Below, in pieces: positions 1-13,731 of a stretch of DNA of 64,000 bases (positions within the stretch are counted from its first letter, which is position 1; each line of letters starts with the position of its first letter). The notes beneath the pieces were generated by a model, which saw nothing but the letters and a program-made list of their open reading frames with translations, did no database searches and had not been told where the DNA came from. The stretch comes from Spongospora subterranea f. sp. subterranea. Its lineage: Eukaryota. The translations under genes and the position numbers were made by a program. The stretch is taken from positions 62,001-126,000 of the forward strand of contig JAUGWO010000082.1 of NCBI GenBank assembly GCA_049724395.1, written 5' to 3'.

Positions 1-1
1 T

Positions 2-2395
2 TCATCCTCATCTGGCTCGTTAGCTGCTCTGCAATCGTGCGGTCGCGTATCGATTTTCGACTCGTTATCGTCTCGTAAGGCTGGCGCCATCATTCCTGCT
101 GATAGGTCTTGGCCCATCGACTGTACGGGTTCATGGCGCCAGATCGAATGGCTGGGTGACCGTCACCTTGCTGTTCTGTCCAGCGATCATGGTGGCGATT
201 CACTGATCGTCATCCCGATCGATGATACTTGCCAAGATCATATATCTATACGATTGGCCTCTCCCTGTTTACGAATAATCTCATACGCTGAGGATTGTAT
301 CGCTGCACAACTCCACGACGGTCGGGTCCTGCGAATGTCGCCGGATCACGATCTCGTTCCTATTGGCGTTCTCCCATCGCCCTGTCCCAGGTTCTGTGTA
401 GCGCCGGGGAACGTTTTAATCGGCCATGATTCCTATTCCAGACTCTACGTCAATACCGATATCTTATCTCATCAGTGCACGTCGATGTCGTTGTCGAATC
501 CCAAGACTCTATTGTTCACCACATCCGGTCCCCAGCACGTCCTACACACATTGGAGTTGAACCAATCCACCTACAATATCAATTCCACTCACAGCCAGCG
601 TCCTCTCGAACGTGGCGCCATCATCATCGCTGTTGTTCCCGATATGGATCGCGTTGTTATCCAGATGTTGCCTCGTGGCTCGCTCGAGACCATATACCCT
701 CGCTCGCTTCTCCTCAAATCTATTGCGGTTTCGCTCAAGAACCGGTTGTGGTTGAAAACCTTCACAACCATGCGTCGTCATCGACTGGATTTCAACCTTT
801 TATACGACGCCGGCCCTTCTATTTTTTCATTTCACGTTGACGAGTTCGTATCCCAAATCAACAATTCCAACTTTCTAACCGAGTTCCTGTCATCGCTAAC
901 TGATATCAATACGCTCGACACCATTTACAAAGAGTTCGTCCCATTATCGTGTCAAGATCAGACCGACGACCGCACCGATCTATCGAGTCTTCAGTATCTC
1001 GGTGAGTCGTCCAACGTCACCGTCAGCTCGGTCCAGAGCGCCACAGCTCCGACAGCGACCGGGAAGATGAATCATATTTGCAAACTGGTCGGCGACGCCA
1101 TTGAGGGTATTCACGATAATGCCCATCTTGTTCACGCCCGTATCGCCTCATTCCTCAAACAAAATCCAGCACAGCTTGAGGAGGCTCTATGTCTCATCGC
1201 CAATCTCGAATCGTCCTCATCCAGGGCATCTGCCCTGAGGTTTGCCATGGCCGTCGTTGACGTCGATCTGCTGTTCGACGCCGCGCTTGGCACGTACAAT
1301 TTCGACCTGGTCGAGATGGTTGGAAAGGTATCGGATCGGGACCCGAAGGAGTATATGCCAATGCTCGACTCCCTTCGGCGACAATCTCCATTAATGCAAC
1401 GATATTCCATTGATTTGTCGCTGAAACGCGTCGATAAAGCTCTTCGTCATCTATCCCAAATGACGCCGGTACCTCTGGATCTGTGCCTATCGCTGATCAA
1501 GTCCCATCCTGAGCAGTTATTCCCGATCGCCTTCTCGTTGTTCCCATCTCCCCATATCCCTCTGCTCACCGCCTTTGCCGAATATTGCCCTGCTCACGAA
1601 GCCGGCCCTGTTTACGAGGCGGCCGACCTGCTGGAGCAGGCGCTGCTCTCTTACAAGACATGCGGGCAATGGCGACAAGCCATGAACCTGGCCTTCAGGC
1701 TGCGTATCGACACTAGCGATCTTGCTCGCGATTTGGCCGATTCCCTAGTTTCCACAACCACCAACGCAATGTGCGCCATTGACGGTGCACGATTACTTTC
1801 CGATTACTGTAATGATGTCGATGGAGCTGTATCGGTTCTGAGTCGTGCTCATCAATGGGAAGATGCCCTATTATTGGCGAGGTCCAAGGATCGGTCAGAT
1901 CTTGTTGAGTCTTGTGTCCGACCCCGTATGGACAGCGCTTTGCGAACTTGTTCCAAGGACTTGGCCGATGCGGTCAAACGATTCTCGTATTGCTGTTCCC
2001 GGATCAAGGTGATAAGACGGGATTCGTCGGTGGCGATAGAGACGATCGATGACCGGTTCGACGAGCGAACGCAGACCGAATCGAATCTGTCCGGGTTTAC
2101 ATTGACGTCGAATTGCTCGGTGGAGAGCTGGGCCAGTAAGCCATGGTCGAATATATCCAGTGTGTCGAAGCGCCCTCCCTCTGTCAAAACCAGGAGAACG
2201 CGGGCCGTCAAGATGAGGGAAGGTGATCCTCGTGAGCCGGCATTCCTAATCAAGCAAATCCAATCGCTCTGTCCGGATGCGGACAAGGTGTCGCAAACCT
2301 CCAATCTGCTCAAGGTCCTCGCTCAGTTTCACGAGTTGGAGAAAGCGCGTTTGCTTCAGCACGAGTTTTCGGTCATTTCCTCGATATTGTTCTGA
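2..2395 (+). CDS. ELP1: Elongator complex protein 1 (IKI3/ELP1), C-terminal portion; 5' end lies upstream of the window
   Basis: Frame is open from base 2 to 2395 with no intron. ELP1 motifs: QMLPRGSLETIYPR, MRRHRLDFNLLYD, LFDAALGTYNFDLV, DPKEYMPML, RYSIDLSLKR. A shifted frame after ~2372 continues (FLDIVLSE...NWRLKFL), so the true stop may be further downstream. Confidence 0.93.
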   Translation, partial: SSSSGSLAALQSCGRVSIFDSLSSRKAGAIIPADRSWPIDCTGSWRQIEWLGDRHLAVLSSDHGGDSLIVIPIDDTCQDHISIRLASPCLRIISYAEDCIAAQLHDGRVLRMSPDHDLVPIGVLPSPCPRFCVAPGNVLIGHDSYSRLYVNTDILSHQCTSMSLSNPKTLLFTTSGPQHVLHTLELNQSTYNINSTHSQRPLERGAIIIAVVPDMDRVVIQMLPRGSLETIYPRSLLLKSIAVSLKNRLWLKTFTTMRRHRLDFNLLYDAGPSIFSFHVDEFVSQINNSNFLTEFLSSLTDINTLDTIYKEFVPLSCQDQTDDRTDLSSLQYLGESSNVTVSSVQSATAPTATGKMNHICKLVGDAIEGIHDNAHLVHARIASFLKQNPAQLEEALCLIANLESSSSRASALRFAMAVVDVDLLFDAALGTYNFDLVEMVGKVSDRDPKEYMPMLDSLRRQSPLMQRYSIDLSLKRVDKALRHLSQMTPVPLDLCLSLIKSHPEQLFPIAFSLFPSPHIPLLTAFAEYCPAHEAGPVYEAADLLEQALLSYKTCGQWRQAMNLAFRLRIDTSDLARDLADSLVSTTTNAMCAIDGARLLSDYCNDVDGAVSVLSRAHQWEDALLLARSKDRSDLVESCVRPRMDSALRTCSKDLADAVKRFSYCCSRIKVIRRDSSVAIETIDDRFDERTQTESNLSGFTLTSNCSVESWASKPWSNISSVSKRPPSVKTRRTRAVKMREGDPREPAFLIKQIQSLCPDADKVSQTSNLLKVLAQFHELEKARLLQHEFSVISSILF

Positions 2396-3743
2396 GCGAA
2401 TCCGTTCATATTCCCGAGATCACCACTCTTCCTGATAATGTGTATATCAATTGGCGCCTCAAATTCCTCGCTCCGATCGAACGCGTTATCTCGACTGTAT
2501 CTACTGAATATTCTTTATTAACCATTGATGAATCTATTCAAGAACAAGACGAAGACAGTGAACCCGACGTTGGGATTGACCTTTTTTAAATACACAAATT
2601 CATGTAATAATAATATACTCAACAAACTCCAATTCTTTTTCGCCTGTCGTGTGATCATCGTGTTCCGCAGTCGTTTTCGATTGAATCGGGACTCGTAGGA
2701 AAGGTCAAACTTTGCCCAAACTGTCGCTTTGGAGGAATCCATTATCGGCGAGGCGACTTGATCAGAGCGTGAACGACCGCCTCTGATGGTTAACCCGAGT
2801 AAACCCAATCGTCAACGTCATCACAGGAGCAGTCCAACAGCGCCTCAAAACGCCACCTGCTCACTTACCTGCTCGCATCCTGGTATTGCTAAACCTGGGG
2901 CAATTGTCAATTTCGTAGTGTTGAATCCGGTTGTGACCAGGCTCCAGATCGACGTATATTGGCAATATGAAATCGTTTGATCATTTTGCTGCATTGAGGA
3001 TTGCGGGCGCCACCGTAAACTCGCTATGTAGCTTGCGCAGCCGGCACCGAAACTTCGTCGTCGGTCCCAACCTTTATCAAGCTCTTGGACATTGGATCAG
3101 ATTGCGATGATCGGACATGGTGCGGCAAAGCGATCCTCAAGCTTAAGTGTAGATGGGATATATTCCACTGACTACGTTATTCACTGACCACACCGCCATT
3201 GACATATTTTTGAGATTGAGACGGTGCGATATCTGCCCTCGGTTGGTCAAAACAAGTAACTGCAAGAACAAGAAAAATACAGTTCACCGTTTCACTAGCG
3301 GAAACCGTGGTTGGGAATGGCACAATGATGGAACACCGATGGCACGGGGATGGAAATCGTAGATTGCAAAGAAAACCTGGTAAGTGTATTGACGCTATTC
3401 TAGGCCTGGGTTCACAAGTTGTGTGTCCGTTTGTGCCGGTGCCATGTAATGGAAGCCTGAGCTCAATCTACAAACTGATGGAAAAATAACCTGACACCCT
3501 GATCATCCTACAGGATTCTTTCATTGACACGAACGCGTCGTTTGTTCAACGGTATGTGTGTATCGAATAACTGTTGTCCATCAATTCGGTGCGCGAAACG
3601 ATCTGCTGAAAACTTGATCGAATCGCATCACGGTTGCGTCATCTGAGAGCAAAACCAGACCGACAGCAGGTGTTCTATTTGATCGGGGTCCGGGCGTTTA
3701 GCGGGTCCGTCCGGGCGGCGTCATGAACCCCTCCTCTACTGAC

Positions 3744-3753
3744 GGAATGTTCC
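3744..3753 (+). promoter_or_regulatory. Heat-shock-element-like inverted pentamer pair upstream of STI1
   Basis: GGAATGTTCC fits nGAAnnTTCn and lies ~130 bp before the STI1 ATG. Only two pentamers are present. Confidence 0.4.
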
Positions 3754-3878
3754 TGGGTGTAACAGTTGCTCCACAGACCAGACCACACTGACACACAACG
3801 GGTCAGAGATTGCGCAGAATTCATATCATTGTATTGGTATTGTATATCTGATTATATACGATTTCGGGGATCGGGATC

Positions 3879-6017
3879 ATGTCATCGAAAGCGCAGCAGT
3901 TGAAAGCCGCTGGCAACGCCGCCTTTGCCGCAGGCAATCATTCGGAGGCGATCAAATGTTTCACTGATTGCATACAAGAGGATCCGTCGGATCATGTTTA
4001 TTATAGTAATCGGTCGGCGGCGTACGCCGCCGTGGGGGATTTCACAGAAGCGATGAACGACGCCGAGTCGTGCGTCAAAATCGCCCCAACTTGGGCAAAA
4101 GGATATTCCAGGAAAGGTCTTGCCCTTTTCAATCTGAAAAAGTTTGAGGAGGCAAAAAAGGTATGCCTCCCTGATAGCTGTTATATTTAATCTTCTTACA
4201 GCACTTAGGCATATCAACACGCGCTTGACTTAGAACCAGATAACGCCGGATTCCAAGAAGGGCTGAGGGATGTTGAAGAGGCAATGAATGCCCCGCCTCC
4301 AAACCCTTTTGGAAGCTTGTTCGGCCCAGATATCTGGATGAAGATTCAACTCAACCCAAGGCTCGCCCCATTCTTGCAAGATCAACAGTTTGTAAACAAT
4401 GTCAAACTTCTACAGAGCAACCCATCTTTGATATCTTCGATGCTGTCTGACCCGAAAATTCAAGTACGTTTTACTTGAATTTCATCGCTTTTTCATTAAT
4501 GTTTGCTAGATATTGTTTGGAGTTTTGCTTGGAATGGGAGACCAGGCGTTTTCAGCAGCCGGTGAACAACCTGAAGGTGGCGCCGACAGAGAAGAACCTC
4601 CTGTCGAAAAGCCAAAGTCTCAGCCTGCGCCTGAACCTAAAAAAGTTTGTGGTCCGTTATTTCCTAAATCAATATATTCATTCATGCGTTGAATTCTTAG
4701 GAGGAACCGGAAATGTCTGAAGCTCAGCGTAATGCCATTGCAGAAAAAGAAGCCGGAAATGCTGCTTATAAGAAGAGGGAGTTTGACGCAGCCCTTTCTC
4801 ATTACGAAAATGCTTTACGTCTTGATCCTAAAAACCCCGTTTTGCTGAATAACATAGCTGCTGTTAACATGGAGACATTTTCATATGACGAGGCAATCGC
4901 TACTTGTCAAAAATGCGTTGAACTGTGTCGAGAAGTTGGCGGTTGGTTGATGTTCCAAAAATTGTTTCGTGTTATTTTAACCTTCTTTATCAGGGAGTCT
5001 TCCTGTTGCTGCGAAGGCATTTGCACGAATGGGAACCGCATATCAGAAGAAAGGCGATTTTTCTAATGCTATTAACTGTTTCGAACGCTCTTTGATTGAG
5101 TTTCGCGATCGGACAGTAGACAAGAAACTCAGAGAAGCGAAAAAGCTCAAAGAGGATGCCGAAAAGGAGTCGTACCTAGATGTAACTTTGTACTTTGATG
5201 CATCGATTTGTACTTTGATTGACGCGCCACGTTTAGGAAGGTAAAGCATTGGAGCACAAGGAGAACGGAAATACCTTGTTCCAAGTAAGCTTGTCAATAA
5301 TTGCTTTTGATTCGCCTGAGCCTTTTATTAGGCTGGAAAATGGGTCGATGCTATCAAAGAGTACACAGAATCTATTCAACGAAATCCGAAAGACTGCAAG
5401 GTGTATTCTAACCGTGCAGCGGTAAGCGGTTCTGTCCGATGTTGCCGAATATTGCTGAGGATTTTGCCATGATAGTGTTATACCAAGCTTATGGATTGGG
5501 GAAATGCTCTTAACGATGTGAACACTGCCATCGCTTTAGATTCGAAATTTGTCAAGGCTTACATCCGTAAAGGAAAAATCGAAACTTTCTTGAAGCAGTA
5601 TCACAAGGTCTTCCAACCGTCGACTAAAAAGTGTTGCTGGCTAACGATTTCCTTACTTAGGCCCGTGAGACTTACCAAGCCGGTCTAGCACTTGATCCTG
5701 AATGCTCTGATCTTCATGAAGGCCTGCAAGAAATTGATATGGCTATCCGTAATGAAAACATGTCTGGGGATATAGATCCAGAACGACAGGCGCGAGCAAT
5801 GGCGGACCCTGAAGTTCAGAAACTGTTGCAAGATCCTCAGGTATTTGAAATTGCGAATTTTCCCCAACATCCTTTTTACAGTTTATTGTTCCAGTTGCAA
5901 AACGTGTTGACGCAAATCCAAAACGACCCAAAACTTGCCCAAAAAGCTTTCAACGATCCTGAAATACGGAAAAAGTTGGAAGTTCTCATTGATGCTGGAG
6001 TCCTACGTATCAAGTAA
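3879..6017 (+). CDS. STI1: Hsp70/Hsp90 co-chaperone STI1/HOP, multi-exon
   Basis: TPR1 (KAAGNAAF...YSNRSAAY...WAKGYSRKG), DP1, TPR2A ([15 protein letters not shown]), TPR2B ([15 protein letters not shown]) and DP2 ([15 protein letters not shown]...[11 protein letters not shown]), joined by GT-AG introns. Confidence 0.96.
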
Positions 6018-6190
6018 TGCGGTTTTTAAAAGCGATGAATAAATTCTCATGATAAACTGTTTGGTATTGAGTGATGTGGCCCTACAGTGCAGCTCTGGTA
6101 ACGGGGCCAGGCCTGTCAGTGGTCACCTGGCATATGTAGCGTCACTTCACGTGTCTTCAGAGTTGGAGTACAGTACTCGGTTATAGGTTG

Positions 6191-9100
6191 ATGGGATCGG
6201 ACATTGATGCGCATATTCAATCGATCGTGCAAGAGACATTACGTCATGTTGTGATCAACAGGGACGCACGAACCGACCTGGATTCGGCCCAACTCTTTCG
6301 TTCGATACAGGCCTCCAATTCCGATAAGGTTGGTGGCAACTGAAGCCGGTTTTGATCGATCTGGTATCGAAAACGCAGTATTAGACTGAAGGGGTAAAAC
6401 GGGCCTGGAAGAAATTGGTTCACGATAGACTTGGGCTGCGATTACAAAATTGTGTGGACGATCTACTTTCTCAATATGGACCTCGTGAAGACATTGCCAT
6501 TCTGATCTCAAAATCGATAGAAGTAGTCACTAAAGGTTCCTTTAACTCGATATCTGATCTCGTATAACTAGGAAAGACCTGAATATGTCGAAATTATTTC
6601 CGAGTTAAAACGTGAAATTGCGGCATCTGTTTCCAGTGAATCATGCTGCTCTTCGGACGGCCTTAGGATTGTCACCTCGTCTGTTGAACACGATATCCCT
6701 CGTCAACCAACCCTTGAAGGTAATGAAATACTGTCCAATCGTCGACTTTTTTGAATGATGTTTAGGCGAATGGCGGCATCGTCTTGGTGGCGATGAATCA
6801 ACTGTGTATTCCGAATCCTGTCTCACCGATGTTTCATTCTCATCGTTGGCTTCTCAAGACTGTGTCGGCCCTTTAATTGATCAGTTGCGCAATCAATCGT
6901 TTAGCGATGCTGAGAGACTTGCTGCTCTAGAGACCCTGGAATCGGTTCCTGCAACTGAGGTTTTCAGTGCGCCAACTTGGGAATGTTTGCTCTCCATTCC
7001 TCTTCACCAAGCCAGGTCTGATTTGATCTCACGGCTAATGTCTTATTTTGAAAACCTTTTCGACTCTGCGCTCCCCGATATCCAATCTGGCAGTATACTG
7101 CTCCATGGTGAGAGTACCACATGTTCACAAATTCTTATCTAATGTGCCCTTGGGATAGTCGAACAGTATTTGGTCCTGAATATGGAAAAGATTTCGGACA
7201 ATTGCCGATTTTTATTGCATATGCTGGAGAAAATAGCGGTGACCTGGGCTTCCATTGAAACGATATCTGATAAAATTCTGGAATGCACCCTCAAATTACT
7301 AACTATTGGACTGACGCGAGCAGAGATGGCAAACCTCGACCCGACTTGGTCATGGATCAGCAAGTATTGCCATGTACCTTGCTCTTTTATGTCCTGACAA
7401 TATTGTTCGTTGTACTCCAGGTGGTTGTTCAATGGACAAATTCGCAGCGCGTTGGTCGAAGCTCCGCTATGGTCATCTTTTGTTGAGTCGGTGTTTTCCT
7501 GTATGGATGATGCCGTTTCTCACACAGATATCAATCTGATGTCTCGTTTACTCTATTATCAGTCAGTTTGCCCTCAACCCATTTGTATATTGCTCACCTG
7601 AGTCAGCAGATCCGTTCGCGATCTGGTGTCATCGTCAACAACGGTGCAGTTTCTGCATCGCCTTGTCGCTAACTGGGATCTGGATTTGTCCTCCACAGAG
7701 TTCGCATTACAACCGTTGGTCGTTCGTGCGCTGTCATCTCCAGTTTTCATGCAGAATTTCTTGGAACTTGGAGAAGGGTTCCGTGAATTTGCAAATGGAA
7801 TGATGAGACTGGCACTAACAGGTGGGAAGTTTACTTCCAGCTTAGCAATCCCTGTCGTTGGATGCTTTGTTGATTTGGCCAACGTCGTCTTCTATAGTAG
7901 TCGAGGCCAGGTTTGTTGAAAAGCTGATGGACCAGTTATCTAACGTTCATAACGAAACATCGTATGATCTTGCTGCGATGAAATTAATTCGTCTTGTAGC
8001 AACAAGTAATCATCTAGTACTGAATTGGGAGAATATCAACGTATCCAATGCATTTTCCCGCCTTATCTCGTCATTTCCGAACAGTATTGATGTTAAATCC
8101 ACCCTGGTTGACATTTGCTTTACCAGCTCGGGCTGTGTAAAAATTCGGTCTGATCCTGATCTTGTTGATGCAGCATGCAATCAACTATGCCATCAACTCA
8201 AATCCCCACTCGAACACATGTTATTACATGGGGACAGTCTCCACTGCTTGTTGCGTCATGGGGCTTCCACTGCCTTGCTGGCCAAGCTTCGTGATCTTCA
8301 TGACGATTACGATGAGGTGTTGCTTGATTCCCATCGTGAATCGGCGCTCATCATCCCGTTTCTGCGCATTCTGCAGTTTGCTGGGTGGCATTGGGATGCG
8401 CTATCTCCAACGATATCTGCTATCTGTGAAATTACCGGTATTTTGAAAATAGATGTTCATATTCCTATCGAGATTGAAATGATTGGGCTTCGAATTCTCT
8501 CCTATATTGTCAAGGATGTCCGCTGTTCTGAGCTACTAATTCGTACGGTTCCTGAGCTGTATCCGCGTTTGCTCAACAAGACCGAGGTATTTTCCAGTCA
8601 AATAAATGTTGCCGATAATTGCGTCCACGAGATTGTCTCGTGTGGAGAGTTGATCAGGTTCACAGACGATATACAAATTTTGCGCCATGAGATTATCAGC
8701 TTCCTCGAAGGTCATATTTGCCATTTTGTTCCTCCAGACACCTGGCCAACCTCACAACCAATATCTCCGCTTTCTGAGAGATCGTCATTATTAGAGCGAC
8801 TGTTCATCGCAGAGGGGTCAGATTCGTTCCCCATCTTCTTGGAACAGTATCTTGACGGTAAACCATTATGGCCCAATTTCTGAAAAACGGCAAACTCAAG
8901 GTAATATACTCTAGGATGGACGTCAAATATCCTCTCGAATTCGGAAGATGCACCGATTATTATCCCCCCGACATGAAGGTTTGACCGAGGATCTCTATAT
9001 ATCGCGACTCACGAACCGGTTCTCTGATATGATTGCATCTTACAAACCTCCCTTCAACAATAACCATTCTGTATATCTACATCTGTATTTAACTCATTGT

Positions 9101-9854
9101 TGTGAAAATAGGTCCCTCTCGGTACGTGCTCTGGTGATTCTACAATATATTTTGGCTGAATCGAGTCTTTGGCAGATTGCGGACGGCGTTCGATTAGACC
9201 ACATCGCATTGTCGATTGTGTGGCTATGGTACATTGCCGGCTCTGAAAGATTTGATTCACCTAACGATATCTGGGAATATATCATCTGCCCTGCTTATCA
9301 AACCTTTACTGCTTGGCGATTACATCATGGGTAATACCGTCTATTGCTGTTGAAGTTTTGTTGCTCATCGCGGTGTCAAGGGACCCAATCTCTCACGAAC
9401 AATTTACTGTTCTCTCGCGTAAATTTGAGGAAAGTTTGATAGGTTTGGCTCCGGATCTGGTCTATACATTGCGTTCAAGCGATATCGGAATAATTCAGGT
9501 TTGAGGGTTTCTTCAGCATCGCCTTTTGGCTGTTTTCTTCAAATCTGATTTTGCGCCTAGTTGTTGGATCAATGGCTACTCAGAGGTACCATACTTACTA
9601 GCAATATATCTGCAGCACTATTAGCACTTCATTTGTTCGATGGCGAACACGCACAGACCTGCGATCTGGTCGCGAGGCTGGTTAGGTCTGAAATAATCAT
9701 TCGGAGGGAAGTTGCGTTGGGAAACCTGAATAATGAGCGTCTTCTCGGTCTCATTGCGTCAACACCTTGCGACCTAACAGCGGTTTTTACACTAATATCG
9801 CGAACTTTTCAAAATATACCCCCAAGGATACAGACTCGAGTTTCACAAAAATAA
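6191..9854 (+). CDS. TBC1D32: Divergent broad-minded (BROMI/TBC1D32)-like ciliary regulator, multi-exon; exon limits approximate
   Basis: ATG at 6191 opens MGSDIDAHIQSIVQETL up to a GT donor. Segments ERLAALETLESVPATEVFSAPTW, ANLDPTWSWISK|WLFNGQIRSAL and FEESLIGLAPDLVYTLRSSDIGIIQ|LLDQWL resemble BROMI blocks as recalled (R.EALQTLCSAPPSDVL..E.W; LDP.A.WFKKWMH..YSR; VE.....ELP.V.SAF..SG....Q....WL), in the same order. Confidence 0.65.
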
Positions 9855-10405
9855 AAAGTTGCTGGTTATTTGTCGTTGGAGCATTGCGATTGCATTCGGT
9901 GGTTCGGGCTGCGGCGCAACCAACACACATGGCCAACGGTTGCGCAAAGTACCAGTAATATGTGTACATACCATAAACAGGCTGCCCTGCAAAGGATGTC
10001 GAAGAAATCTTTGGTTTTTGATAAAGCGATCAGGGAAATTAGAATCCATTTCTGTCAAACGTCGAGTTTATCAGCAGGAATTAGGTTGAGATGTTAATTC
10101 TACTCCCTTCTGAGGTTGCGGCTAATTCTGCAACAATAGAAAATTCGTGACGGATAACTATTGGGATTTAAAGAAAGCGAATCCTCTGACTTCCATACTG
10201 ATAAGAGAATCTCAAGGCACCCCGGCGCGTTTCGTCATTCGTGATGGTTACTATGAGAATTATTGCTGGTCACATTCCCTATTGACTTCGTTATATAGAA
10301 TATGGTGTCGAGCAAGCAAGTCATGTATCGTCCATGTCCCCAGACCAAATCAAGGAGCTTTTTCTGACAGAAACGAAACCATGAAGAGAATAGAGTTTTA
10401 TATTA

Positions 10406-13294
10406 CTATATATCATTGTCTCGTTTTTGCGATTCTTTCGACCTGCTTTCTGTAAGAATTAGTGTCTTAACTTGCTCCGTTTTCTCGGGCAAATGCTCCG
10501 ATGCGGTTTCAATATCGGCTTTCAATCCTTGTAATGCGTCCATCACTTCCAATGGTGTCGCCATATCCATCAGTGCTTTCAGTAAAATTTCTAGCGAGTT
10601 ATATGGGGCATGGACAATCAACCCAACTGGCCGATACAGAGCAAGAATAACAGCAGTAAGCAAAACCGCTTCGCTGCGAGTTTCCGTTGTCAATTGCTGG
10701 AGAAGCTGAATTCGCATCGTGAATGCAAGCTGTTTAGCTCGCTTTCGCTGTATTTCTTTAATCTGAATGTTACACTCTTTGGCGAGGCTTTTTGTCTGAC
10801 TAAAAAAATCAGGTGCATTGGTTTGTGCAGATAATTGCTTAAATTGACTTGCAACGCCAAGTGGAACAGAATTTAGCATTTGTTCTCGGTCACTTTGATT
10901 AATTGGAGGCTGAACCAAATATGAGCAAGACTTTGGGAAAAGGTAAACCTGACAATACTTTGCAATCCTCAGCTACCGAGAAATTGTTTAACAAGGCGTG
11001 CTGCAGAAGCAATTGGTCGACTATTTCGGCGCCGATTGTTTGATTTAAATACACATCCAATGATGCGACGTCAATTCCGTTATTTTCCAGCTCACGGTTT
11101 GTAGTAGAAAACACCTACCAGAATAATTGAATGCTACATTTTCCGAAATGAGATGAACAAACCTGAAAATGCTCCATCAATTCTTGGATGCGCTGACCCC
11201 ATAACTTTAAAGTTTTTTTCCGAACGCGCTCTGTGTCAACGCTGGTTTCATCGCTATCGACAATGTGGGGGGAATCTCGAATCTATAATAAAATGTAAAC
11301 ACAAGATCAACCGAGGAAGCAGCCAGGATACTTTATCATATTGGCTTCTTAGCGAAGGTGCAACGATTTCCACGATTCCCGCAACCAGCATCGATTCCAG
11401 ATCAGGGAAGAGACCAGACATTGCCTTAATCACCAAGGTTGTTTCAAGCACCGGCCCTAACAACTGTGTAAGAGCTGATGAAATACACTTGTTGCAAACC
11501 CGAACTTGATAATATATTATCAGCTTCGGCGCGATTCCGACCAGAACGTTTCTTTTTGCCACTGTCATGGTCTTCAACATCAGCAAAAGTTTTTCCTTTT
11601 TTCGACTTCTTCACTCCTTTGAAACCCGCAACGTCGTCAGCCAAAGAAACAGACTAAATTGCGTTAATATACGAAATTGCGAAAATAAAAACCAACCTGT
11701 TTCCCTCTTGAATATATGATTGCTGCTGCTGCTGTAGCTTCCGCTACAATGAAGGGATCAATCGCGCTTGCACATGATCGTAAGAAGGTCGAAGAAACGG
11801 CAAAAAACTAGGTCCTTTTCAACGTAACGCATGCAGATTTTTGCGAACTCGGATACCTTAGCAACGTAGTGACACCTTTTCGTCTGATCTTTCGTGGACG
11901 AGTTGCGCTTTGTGATTGCTTGCTCAGCAATACTTGATATGTCCGCCGACGACAATAACGATGGCAAAACGGTGCGGATATCTGCCCAGCTCTCGGAAGA
12001 AATGGCATCTTTGATAGCATCGTCAGTCTACACAAAAAACGTCGGTGTAGAATCGACGGCAAATTGAGGGGTAACTTTACAAGTACAAATATAACAGGAT
12101 GTACAGCAATACGCTGTAAAAGGATGGCTTCAGGAAACAGCTCAGATATATATACTGAAGGCTTTGAAACACCAAATGCTGTCAATTGACTGAATTCGAT
12201 AAAACTGTAGCGAATCAGAAAGCGTAAAGGAGCACAGCAACCCACACGAACTTATTTTGCAAAAAACAGTTGCGACAATTTATGCTTCTGAGCGTTCAAC
12301 CATAAATGTGGTGTGTAGAGACCTGAGCGAATCAGTCAGATTATGCTTGACGTCTTCCCATAGTATGTACCCAATCCAGACCCTAATAGAGTTCCAGGAA
12401 GAGATGAGTCCTTGACCAAAGTTTCTAGCAACTGAGAAGTAATTTTCTCTTGAAGATTATTGTTTGTTATCAATGTCTGTATTGACACAGGACGAGTACA
12501 TGCCAAAAGCAAACCCTCGACCTATAAAAAAATGAGACAACTAATGATCAAAACAGCTGAAATGGCGACTTTGGAATTGTGAGTTCCAATGTAAGAATCT
12601 GTATAGAGCTTCTGATTTCGAATATGGAAAGTAGTGGAAAACCTGGTTCCCAAGGAGGCAAGGCGAGAATCAAGCTCACTTGATAGAAGAGTTACTGGAA
12701 GATTGAAATGTTGTGATATTGCGGCAACGGTCATCATTCCAGTCTCAAGCACGGCTGGTTCGTGAAATGAAATTAGCATCGATTGCTGTTGTCAAAACAA
12801 TCAGCATCTTACATTCGGCGACTTCCGTACAGATTCCGTCAAGATATTGCTTAGACAAGAGGTAGCCATTGACCAAAAACAGTGATGAACTGGCAATGAG
12901 CTCATGGCACGACTTTTCCACATTTGATAAGTCGACATTGAGGAATTCAGGGACGTCTGTGATGGAAATTCTTCCACCATGCGATCGTACAAGATTCGAA
13001 ATCTCGCTTTTCAAACGTCCAGGAGTGATCAGCTGAAAATAAAAGTTAACCAAATTCACGCCGCTACGAAATTAAAATAAATATCGACTATCGACTTGAA
13101 CATATCGAATATTTCAGACAAAAATAAGAGATGATCATTACCTCTTTCCCCGTTGACGAGAACACCACATGGATGCGATCCGTGCTGATCAGCTTCAGGA
13201 TAATTTCGATGCAGTTCCTTTCCGACAATTTCTGGACGATTTCCGCTGTCTGTACTTGTTCGAATTCTGCGAACAACGCTGCGATGTCGTCCAT
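10406..13294 (-). CDS. UFL1: E3 UFM1-protein ligase 1, multi-exon
   Basis: N-terminus MDDIAALFAEFEQVQTAEIVQKLSERNCIEIILKL...SSTGKE, then LITP..LKSEI...HGGRISITDV...LNVD, plus a basic KKSKKGK...GKKK segment. Confidence 0.93.
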
Positions 13295-13731
13295 CCCCAA
13301 TAAACGAACGATCTCCTTGTCAGGTCGTGTTTACAGGAATGAAACTGAAAGGGGGTCACGCGGTGCTACCTACACGCTGACCAGAGAAAATATATACAGT
13401 TTCTTTTACAGTATCGCCTTCAAATGTTTTAATTGTACCGATGGATATTTGTTGTTGTGCAAGTAAAGTGGTTTTCCTTGACGATATTCCCAGAATTAGG
13501 CAAGCAATGAAGGTAATATTTAAGATTGACTACCTAGGTATTGCTGCTATTACTTTTCCAGCTTGTTCATGCCCGAGATCACTGGTGTGTGATTATGTGT
13601 ATACACAATCCCACGAGGCCCATCAGCTCCTCATCTCCGTTATGTACACTCCATTTGCCGTGTAATATTCGGACCTGTACTGTATCTCTGACACAACATC
13701 ATCAGTCCAGCATTAATTTACGACTTTGACG

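Noticed and set aside
2518..3500. Short ORFs between ELP1 and STI1
   Set aside because: No recognisable motifs and no coherent exon chain could be built.
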